Of a stretch of DNA of 35,407 nucleotides, positions 17,730 through 24,780 are shown piece by piece. Where the stretch lies: the IMG/VR virus record IMGVR_UViG_3300031820_000096, positions 1 to 35,407 of that record. The stretch is one strand, 5' to 3'. How positions within the stretch are numbered: position 1 is the first letter of the stretch; every line of letters begins with the position of its first letter. Made by a program: the position numbers and the translations under genes. Origin of the DNA: a virus (Duplodnaviria > Caudoviricetes). The notes under the pieces are model-generated. The model made no database searches and was not told where the DNA came from. It worked only from the letters and a program-made list of their open reading frames with translations.

Positions 17730-18229
17730 TGACGACCCGCGACCTGACCCTCGCCCCGCCCGTCCGCCCCTTCGTCGGGCTGCGCGGCCTCGACGGCTTC
17801 GGCGGTGGTGGCTACGACGCGCCCCGGATGGATGCGTCGGGGCAGCACTACGGCCACCGGGGCCTCGACTTCCGGGCCGATGTCGGGGCGGCCATCGTCG
17901 CGCCCTGCCCGTGCATCGTCCAAGCCATTGGCATCGCCTACCTCGGCAGCGACCTCGCCTCCCTGCACCTCGACGGCATCGGCGAGTTCGCGGATCTCTC
18001 GCTGAAGTTGCTCTATGTCAAGCCGCATCCGGATGTCATCACCAGTGCCGTGTTCGCCACCGGGGACCCGCTCGGGATCGCGCAGGCGGTCGCAGGCTAC
18101 TGGCAGGCACGGCACCCGGAGCGGGGGCTGATGCAAAATCATCTACATTTGGAGTTGCGGATTCATGAAGCGTCAGGAGAGCGGCTCGTAGATCCTACCG
18201 GCTATTTTAGTTTCCGGGAGGTCGTGTGA
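17729..18229 (+). CDS. M23-family metallopeptidase, putative endolysin
   Basis: HxxxD (HRGLD) and HxH (HLH) zinc ligands. Confidence 0.85.
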   Translation: MTTRDLTLAPPVRPFVGLRGLDGFGGGGYDAPRMDASGQHYGHRGLDFRADVGAAIVAPCPCIVQAIGIAYLGSDLASLHLDGIGEFADLSLKLLYVKPHPDVITSAVFATGDPLGIAQAVAGYWQARHPERGLMQNHLHLELRIHEASGERLVDPTGYFSFREVV

Positions 18230-18678
18230 CACCAACCGAGGCGGCATACTTGGCGGCATTCATTGACTGCGATGGTTCCATATCGGGGCACGCACGGGAA
18301 TGGGGCCATTGTACGCCGCAGGTGAGCCTAACCAATTGTGACGCAGAAACACTTCTAGAATTGGCGCGGCTTACCGGGGGGCATCTATGCACCCAAGGCA
18401 GCCGCAGTAAGCGGCATCGTGATCATCACCAGTTGATCCACTATTCTGACAAGGCCGAGCGGCTGCTGCGGGCTGTCATGCCCTATCTTCGCGTCAAGCG
18501 TCTCCAAGCAGAACTCGCGCTGATGGTGCTGGTAAATCGTGAACCCAAAGGGACGAACACGCACATGGAACCAGGCGCCAAAGCCATGCGTGAATGGTGC
18601 ATGAGAATGATCAGTCGTCTAAACAAGGGACATGCCAGCCCCGAGACGCATGATCTGCTGCCTCCAGTGGCAGCCTGA
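18226..18678 (+). CDS. Free-standing single-motif LAGLIDADG homing endonuclease
   Basis: AYLAAFIDCDGSI motif and PYLRVKRLQA; lower-GC codons than flanking genes. Confidence 0.85.
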   Translation: MTPTEAAYLAAFIDCDGSISGHAREWGHCTPQVSLTNCDAETLLELARLTGGHLCTQGSRSKRHRDHHQLIHYSDKAERLLRAVMPYLRVKRLQAELALMVLVNREPKGTNTHMEPGAKAMREWCMRMISRLNKGHASPETHDLLPPVAA

Positions 18679-18692
18679 CGGCGGGGGCTTCC

Positions 18693-19037
18693 ATGCAACT
18701 CAATGGCTGGGTCAAGCACGGCGGAACGGCGCTCCTCGGGCTCGCGCTCGGATACGGCGCGACACTGCTTCAGCAGGGCGCCACCCAGAAGCGCGACATC
18801 GAGACGCTCCTGGAGTTCAAGGCGCGCATCGACCGCAACGTCGAGGAGTGGCGCGGCGACCAGCAGGGAGCGAAGGATCTGCGGGAGATTACGATGGAGA
18901 CCCGGCGCAACACCCGCGCGCTCCTGCGCTGGGCGGACCGGGTCAGCGCCCAGTTGCACGTCCCGCCGCCCGATCTTCCCAACGACGGCGGCAGCGGCGG
19001 CGCTTCGGCCTCGGTATCGCGGCTGGCCGATCCATGA
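18693..19037 (+). CDS. Membrane-anchored coiled-coil protein, lysis-associated
   Basis: N-terminal hydrophobic segment then heptad-like region; in lysis cassette. Confidence 0.5.
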   Translation: MQLNGWVKHGGTALLGLALGYGATLLQQGATQKRDIETLLEFKARIDRNVEEWRGDQQGAKDLREITMETRRNTRALLRWADRVSAQLHVPPPDLPNDGGSGGASASVSRLADP

Positions 19038-19144
19038 GCGCCCTCGGTTGGTGGGTTAGACTCTGGCGGCGTCGTAACGACCCGCCCGCGCAACGCAACA
19101 TCGAGACGGTGCTCGACACGGCCGTCTCGCTCACAGGAGGCTCC

Positions 19145-19357
19145 ATGTCGCTCAAGTCCGTCGTAGGCGGCGTCCAGTGGATCAACCTGCTCACGCTGCT
19201 CGCTCAACTCATCAACGACACGACCAACACCTTCCCATCGCTTGCCAACAACCACTGGCTCCTCGTCGCTCAGGGGCTCATCGGCGTCATCCTGCCGAGC
19301 GTCGGAGGGTACGCGCACCAGATCATCTTCAACGCACCCCAGGACCCCAAGAAGTGA
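19145..19357 (+). CDS. Putative holin (alternative in-frame start at 19034)
   Basis: AGGAGG RBS; two hydrophobic segments; charged C-terminus PQDPKK. Confidence 0.5.
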   Translation: MSLKSVVGGVQWINLLTLLAQLINDTTNTFPSLANNHWLLVAQGLIGVILPSVGGYAHQIIFNAPQDPKK

Positions 19358-19383
19358 ACGCCCGGCTTCTCTCAGGAGGCTCC

Positions 19384-19881
19384 ATGCGCTATCTCGTCGC
19401 AACGCTCGTCGTCCTGCTACTTGCCACACCCACGTTCGCCGCGACCGCGACCGCCATCGCTTCGCCCGCCCATAACGGCGAGATCGACCTCGGCGGCTCC
19501 TATGCCGCGAACGAGCATGGCCGTGGCCGGTCGGGCAGTCTGTCGTTCGACATGCTCGCCCCGCTCGTCGGCCAGTTCAAGATCGGCCCCGAGGCGCGCT
19601 TCTTCTACGACAACGGCGCAACCGGCCTCGGCTTCGGCCCGGCGTTCGAGTTGAACCTCGGCAGCAACGCCCGATTCCAGCCGTTCCTCTGGGCCGACGG
19701 TGTGCGCTGGGCGGGGTCCTACGAGTCGCAGGTCAAGACGCAGGCGGCCGTCGGTGGCGGCCTCAAGATCGGCCTCGACCGGGCCTATATCCGCGCCACC
19801 GTCGTCCGGCAGCGGGTGTTCGGCAGCGGCCAGGACACCGACTCGACCGTGTTCTCCTTCGGCATCGGCGTCCGGCTCTAG
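19384..19881 (+). CDS. Outer-membrane beta-barrel protein (about 8 strands) with signal peptide
   Basis: Sec signal MRYLVATLVVLLLATPTFA; alternating amphipathic strands; terminal strand VFSFGIGVRL. Confidence 0.72.
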   Translation: MRYLVATLVVLLLATPTFAATATAIASPAHNGEIDLGGSYAANEHGRGRSGSLSFDMLAPLVGQFKIGPEARFFYDNGATGLGFGPAFELNLGSNARFQPFLWADGVRWAGSYESQVKTQAAVGGGLKIGLDRAYIRATVVRQRVFGSGQDTDSTVFSFGIGVRL

Positions 19882-19899
19882 GCGGCGCAGAGGTGGTGG

Positions 19900-21525
19900 G
19901 TGGGCAGCCTGCTGGAAATCTCGCTGAACACGCCCACGGCAGGGGCGGCCCTTGACGCCAACCCGCGCGCCGTGTCGCGCGACGCCGCTATGCGCCTGGA
20001 GAACCTCCGGGTGGATCGCGGCTTCGCCCGCTCCCGCTTCGGCTATACGACGCTGAACGGGGCGGCCTTCGACAGCAAGCGCGTCATCGACATCTTCGAC
20101 CGGACCTTTGCCGACGGCACCGGCGAGACGACGCGGCACACGCGCGACACCACGCAGCGGTCGGTCGCCGGGGCCTGGTCCGCCGTCACCCTCGACGCCG
20201 CCTGGACCGGCCCGGACACCAGCCGCTTCTGGTGCGCCGCCATTCCGTTCGGCGCCGAGACGAAGGGGCGGCTCGCCTACGGCAACGGCGTCGATATCCT
20301 GAAGACCTGGACGGGCGGCGCCGGGACGATGACGGCCTACCCCGGCGGTTTCGCCTCCCGCTTCGCCATCGTCGGCGACGACAACCGCCTCTTCCTCGGC
20401 TATACGACCGAGGGCGGCAACCCCTACTCCCAGCGTGTCCGCTGGACGGTCATCGGCCTGGTCAACGGTGGCGCGACCGACTGGACCGGCACCGGCAGCG
20501 GGGCGCTTGACCTCCGCAGCGACCCCTGGCCAATCACCGGCTTCTGGAAGCAGGGCGGGCGCATCTACGTCGGGAAGTCCCGCGGGATCTGCGTGCTCAC
20601 CCCGACCGGGATCTCCACGGACGCCTACGGCTACGAGACCCTCCAGACCAACGGCGAGGGCCTCTTCGCCCCCGGCAGCCTCGTCCAGTTCGGCAACCTC
20701 GTCGCCTTCGTGACGCATCTCGGCATCACCGTGTTCGACGGCGTGTCGCTGACGCCGATCCTCGGCCTCAACCAGCGCAACTTCATCCAGCGGCTCAACG
20801 CGACGGCGCTGAACCAGATCACGGTCGCCTTCGACACGCATAACAACCGGGTCGGCTGGGGCCTGCCGCTCGACGGCGCGACGACGCCGACGGAGATCTG
20901 GTGGTATGAGGCGACCACCGGGCACTGGGAGATCGACACCGTGCCGCATTCGGCGATCTCCCTCTACTCCTCGGTCAACACGACCACCATCGACTCGCTC
21001 GCCGGGACTATCGACGCCCTGGCCGGAACCATCGACAGCCTCTCCGGGACGGGCGTGAACGAGCCGATCCTGATCATCGGGACCAATGCCGGGGCGACCT
21101 ACCAGTTCAACAACAGCGCCACGACCGACATCGGCAACGCGATCCCGTCGATCTACGCCTCGCCCGCGCTCGTCCCGCTTGGGCAGACCGTTTCTCTCGC
21201 GGGGCGACAGCACGAAGTCACCGAGGACGACTACCTCGTCGTCGATGGCGTGTCGGTGCGCTTCCTGGACCGCGGCGACGCCTACACAGCCCAGGCGGAG
21301 GTCTCCGGCGACGGCGGGGCGAACTGGACGCTCATCGGCACGGCGGCGATCTCGCCCGGCGGCGGGACGGACAACTACCCGCGGCTCGCCCGGGCCGTGA
21401 TGCGGGCGCGCCAGCCGGTGAAAGACGCCGTGCAGGTGCGGCTCGCCAATAACACGCCCGGCGCCCGCTGGGGCTGGGCGGACCTCACGGTCTACCTCGA
21501 CATCGTCGGCCGGAAGCGGCCATAG
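19900..21525 (+). CDS. Tail nozzle / packaged-DNA stabilization protein (P22 gp10 / tail tubular B-like)
   Basis: 541 aa, beta-propeller-like repeats (NRLFLG, RVRW), TIDSLAG-type heptad x3, upstream of GNAT and ejection genes. Confidence 0.7.
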   Translation: MGSLLEISLNTPTAGAALDANPRAVSRDAAMRLENLRVDRGFARSRFGYTTLNGAAFDSKRVIDIFDRTFADGTGETTRHTRDTTQRSVAGAWSAVTLDAAWTGPDTSRFWCAAIPFGAETKGRLAYGNGVDILKTWTGGAGTMTAYPGGFASRFAIVGDDNRLFLGYTTEGGNPYSQRVRWTVIGLVNGGATDWTGTGSGALDLRSDPWPITGFWKQGGRIYVGKSRGICVLTPTGISTDAYGYETLQTNGEGLFAPGSLVQFGNLVAFVTHLGITVFDGVSLTPILGLNQRNFIQRLNATALNQITVAFDTHNNRVGWGLPLDGATTPTEIWWYEATTGHWEIDTVPHSAISLYSSVNTTTIDSLAGTIDALAGTIDSLSGTGVNEPILIIGTNAGATYQFNNSATTDIGNAIPSIYASPALVPLGQTVSLAGRQHEVTEDDYLVVDGVSVRFLDRGDAYTAQAEVSGDGGANWTLIGTAAISPGGGTDNYPRLARAVMRARQPVKDAVQVRLANNTPGARWGWADLTVYLDIVGRKRP

Positions 21526-21533
21526 GAGGAACG

Positions 21534-22007
21534 ATGCGACTTCGCCCGCTGCGCCATCGCCTGCTGGTCAAGATGGACCCGGAGGATCGCAGCGTCGGCG
21601 CCGCCGGGCTGCTCGTCGCCCCCGACCTCGACACGATCCTCTGGTGCCGGAAGTGCGGGCGCCAGATGGAGGCGATCAAGGAATCCCGCTGTGTCCCGGA
21701 GGAGACCTACGAACTCGATCCACGGCGCGACAACTACCGCTACACCGGCATCGATACCGGGCACCAGATGGAGTCGATCTCGGTGCCGGTCATCGTCGAA
21801 AAGGCGCGCCGGGCGACGGTCATCGCCAGCGGCAGCCCCGAGTTCGACCCCGGCGAGCGCGTCCTCATCGACTTCGCCAGCGGCAAGACGCCCGACGGCG
21901 AGGACCCGGACTCGCCCTATCGGCTGGTCCCCGATGACACGGTGCTCGCGCGCATCGAGGAGGAGGCGGGGGATGGCGCCGATTCGCCTGTTCCAGCCGA
22001 CCGCTGA
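21534..22007 (+). CDS. GroES/Cpn10-like co-chaperonin with large insertion
   Basis: MRLRPLRHRLLVK...AGLLVAP...EKARRATVIASG...PGERVL...YRLVPDDTVLARI follows the GroES consensus. Confidence 0.78.
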   Translation: MRLRPLRHRLLVKMDPEDRSVGAAGLLVAPDLDTILWCRKCGRQMEAIKESRCVPEETYELDPRRDNYRYTGIDTGHQMESISVPVIVEKARRATVIASGSPEFDPGERVLIDFASGKTPDGEDPDSPYRLVPDDTVLARIEEEAGDGADSPVPADR

Positions 22008-22575
22008 CGGCCTGAAGCGTCTCTGGGAGCAGTTCGACAAGCACCGCGCCCACTTCCCCGACGAGTTGCCCCGGGAGCCCATCGACTTCGTGTGCTGGCT
22101 GGCCGCCGAGGACGTCCGGGTGGTCGAGATCGGCCCGGCGGAAGCCCCGGTCGGCGTCTACGTCTTCACCGGCATCGTTCCGGGGGTGTCGGCATGGGCG
22201 CACCCGTTCGTCTGGGACCGAGATGCCTACCCCCCGGCCGATCTCATCGCTGCGGCCCGCCAGGCGTGTCTGGCGCTGTTCCAGGCATTCGGGCTGCGCC
22301 GCATCAACGGGCTGACGCCGACGACCCACCCGCACGCGCGCATCTTCGCCGAACGGGTGGGGTTCCGGGTCGAGGGAACGCTGCGGGCGGCCTGTGTCGT
22401 CAAGGATGCCCCCGTCAATGCCTGGATCTCCGGGCTCATCCCGTCCGACCTCGCCCCGGCTGCTACAATGGGATCGGCAACTCATGGTGCGGTAGGGGCA
22501 GGGACGGCTCCCTCACCGGCCTCCAGACCCGGGAAAGCCGGATCGACACCGGACGCCGCCACCAGCGAAAGGTAG
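21973..22575 (+). CDS. GNAT (RimJ/RimL-like) acetyltransferase-fold protein
   Basis: FGLRRING...ARIFAERVGFRVEGTLR motif; position analogous to T7 gp13-like genes. Confidence 0.8.
   Translation: MAPIRLFQPTADGLKRLWEQFDKHRAHFPDELPREPIDFVCWLAAEDVRVVEIGPAEAPVGVYVFTGIVPGVSAWAHPFVWDRDAYPPADLIAAARQACLALFQAFGLRRINGLTPTTHPHARIFAERVGFRVEGTLRAACVVKDAPVNAWISGLIPSDLAPAATMGSATHGAVGAGTAPSPASRPGKAGSTPDAATSER
22461..22469 (+). promoter_or_regulatory. Extended -10 promoter inside the GNAT 3' end
   Basis: TGcTACAAT, rare in this GC-rich sequence, 16 nt upstream of the tRNA-like element. Confidence 0.55.
22486..22564 (+). tRNA. Degenerate tRNA-Trp(CCA)-like element
   Basis: Cloverleaf spacing with T8A9, D-stem GGGG/CCCT, anticodon loop CT-CCA-GA, T-arm CCGG-ATCGACA-CCGG and 3' A-CCA; four stem mismatches. 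Confidence 0.55.
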
Positions 22576-22600
22576 GTGTACCTGGCCTGTAGCCGCAGCA

Positions 22601-23428
22601 ATGCTCGGTTCGGCGGCGCTCTCGTCGTCCGGCTCCAAGAAGGCGGCGAAGAACGCCACGCCGAAGATCCCCAAGGAGTTCAGGCCGGATCTCGGCAGCG
22701 CCCTGGGACTGCTCGGGCAGCGTCTCTCGGGGGGCTTCCAGGGAATGCCCGGCGGCGCCCTGAACCCCCTTCAGACGATGGCGATGGGACAGGCCGGGCA
22801 GTCGTTCGGACAGGGGCAGGCCGGGCTCGACTCGGCGCGCCAGACCATCGAGTCGCTCGCGACCACCGGCATCGACCCGACGGCGATCAACACGGCGCAA
22901 TCGACGCTCCAGCCCTACTTCGACTTCCTGCACGGCCAGGGGCTCGCCCAGACGCGCGAGGGGGAGGCTCAGGGCGGCCGCTTCTTCGGCAGCGGCGGGA
23001 CTGGCGCCGAGGCGCTCTTCAACAGCAACTTCGGGGCGCAGCAGTCGGCGCAGATCCTCCCGATGGCGATGCAGATGACCGGGATGCGCCTCGGCGCGGC
23101 CAACGCGCTGCCGGGCTTCATGGCGGGCCAGCAGGGGCTCGGCATGAACCTGTTCAACATGGGCGGCGTCGCGCAGCAGCAGCAACTCGCCGAGTTCCTG
23201 CGGCAGCAACCGGAGAACGCCATCCCGCTGCTCGCCCAGTTGATGTCCGGCACGCCGATGTTCCAGCCGCCCGTTCCGACGAACTTCGGGCAGGCGCTCG
23301 GTGGCAGCCTGAACTCGGCGATGTCGAGCGGCGGGTTCTGGGACTACCTGCGGTCGCTGGGAGGCGGCGGCGCGCGTCTCGGCGCCCCGGCCACAGCGGG
23401 CGCGGGCACCTCTCCCGGCGTCTGGTAG
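22601..23428 (+). CDS. Putative internal virion / DNA ejection protein
   Basis: Gly/Gln/Ala-rich, position after GNAT; start uncertain. Confidence 0.65.
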   Translation: MLGSAALSSSGSKKAAKNATPKIPKEFRPDLGSALGLLGQRLSGGFQGMPGGALNPLQTMAMGQAGQSFGQGQAGLDSARQTIESLATTGIDPTAINTAQSTLQPYFDFLHGQGLAQTREGEAQGGRFFGSGGTGAEALFNSNFGAQQSAQILPMAMQMTGMRLGAANALPGFMAGQQGLGMNLFNMGGVAQQQQLAEFLRQQPENAIPLLAQLMSGTPMFQPPVPTNFGQALGGSLNSAMSSGGFWDYLRSLGGGGARLGAPATAGAGTSPGVW

Positions 23429-23436
23429 GAGCGGCG

Positions 23437-24777
23437 ATGCCCATCTTCCCCGTCCCCCCGGAAGTCCAAGCCGCCGTCAGCGGTCAGAACCTCCCCGCCG
23501 CCAACATCGGCCAGGGGTTCGATCAGTTCATGGCGCGGCTCCGGCAGCAGCAGGACGCCGGGCGCACCGTCCTCGACGCCATCGGCCGTCAGACGCCCGG
23601 TTTCATGGCCTACCTGACCGCCAACCACCCCGACATCGTCGAGGAGGTCACGGGGCCGCCGCGGCTGTTCCGGGCGAAGGACGCGCAGCCACTGTCGGCC
23701 CGGCTCCAGGCGGCGATGCAGGGATTCATGGCGCAGCCGCCGCCCGCCGAGGCCCCCGTCTCCGGCGCCGAGTCCGCGTCGATCCGCCGGGGCGTCGAGG
23801 ACTACCTCGGCAAGCAGGCGAATTTCCGCACGCTGCCACCGCAGCAGCAGGCTGCGGCGCACGCCCTCGCCGACCACATGTTCCGGGCGACCTCCAATGA
23901 CGACGCCGCGCAGACGTTCGGGCGTCTTCAGTCGCTCCTCGGCACCGAGCCGACCGCAGAGCAGCAGAAGTACCAGAGCGTGCTCGAACTGGGCAGCGAC
24001 CCGGCGCTCGGCATGACGCCCGAGGAGCGTGCCGACAAGGCGTTCTCCTACGCCACGAATCAGCCGATGGACCCCAAGGACAAGCGGCTGCTCGACGCCC
24101 GGATGGGGCTGAAGGCGGAGAAACTGCGCGACTTGGAGATCATCGCCAAGGAGCAGGACATCGCCCAGAAGAAGAACGAGGCGGCGCACGGGAAGGCGAT
24201 CCCGGTCAACATGATCAACGACCTCTCCGGGCTCGGCTACGTCTCCAAGCGCGTCATCCGGGCCGCCGACATGATCGACAAGTTCGGCTTCGGCGAGACG
24301 AACCTAGGCAACCTGCTGCACGCGCCCGCCTACTCCGAGGACGCGGCGGCCTACAACGCGCTCCTGAACGATCTCGGCGAAGACGTCATCCGGTTCACCA
24401 AGGACATCCGGGGCCGGGTCTCCGCCGGGCTGCTCGACCTCCTGCGCGCCTCGCTGATGTCCTACGACAAGACGCCCACGCAACTCCGGGGCATCCTGAA
24501 CGTCACGGTCGCCAACGTCATCGACCGCCATGAGGCGATCCTCGACAGCCTGCGCGCCGCCGGGGTCGGCAGCGACGCCTACTTCGACGCCGAGGAGGCC
24601 AACCTTCAGCCGCTCCGGGACCTCGAAGCCCGGCTGCGGAAGGCGGCGAAGGAGCACCCGACGAAGCCGACGACGACCTGGCGGCAGCGCCTCTTCGGCG
24701 GCGGCCCCGGCGCCGCAGCCCCGACACCCGAGGACGTCCTGTTCGGCGGCGTGCCGAAGTCGCCGGAGCCGGAGTAG
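23437..24777 (+). CDS. Putative internal virion / ejection protein
   Basis: AGGAG RBS before ATG 23437; helical, Ala/Gln-rich. Confidence 0.65.
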   Translation: MPIFPVPPEVQAAVSGQNLPAANIGQGFDQFMARLRQQQDAGRTVLDAIGRQTPGFMAYLTANHPDIVEEVTGPPRLFRAKDAQPLSARLQAAMQGFMAQPPPAEAPVSGAESASIRRGVEDYLGKQANFRTLPPQQQAAAHALADHMFRATSNDDAAQTFGRLQSLLGTEPTAEQQKYQSVLELGSDPALGMTPEERADKAFSYATNQPMDPKDKRLLDARMGLKAEKLRDLEIIAKEQDIAQKKNEAAHGKAIPVNMINDLSGLGYVSKRVIRAADMIDKFGFGETNLGNLLHAPAYSEDAAAYNALLNDLGEDVIRFTKDIRGRVSAGLLDLLRASLMSYDKTPTQLRGILNVTVANVIDRHEAILDSLRAAGVGSDAYFDAEEANLQPLRDLEARLRKAAKEHPTKPTTTWRQRLFGGGPGAAAPTPEDVLFGGVPKSPEPE

Positions 24778-24780
24778 CCG

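Noticed and set aside
18226-18692. Group I intron around the LAGLIDADG ORF
   Set aside because: The M23 gene is complete before it and the flanks leave no room for a ribozyme core.
20980-21055. 21-nt periodic repeat in the nozzle gene as a DNA-level or diversity-generating element
   Set aside because: It is a protein heptad repeat (TIDSLAG/TIDALAG/TIDSLSG) with divergent synonymous positions; no reverse transcriptase in the window.
22576-23436. 733-aa ORF 22576-24777 as one gene
   Set aside because: The first 287 codons are a shadow frame over 22601-23428; an RBS and ATG at 23437 mark the real start.
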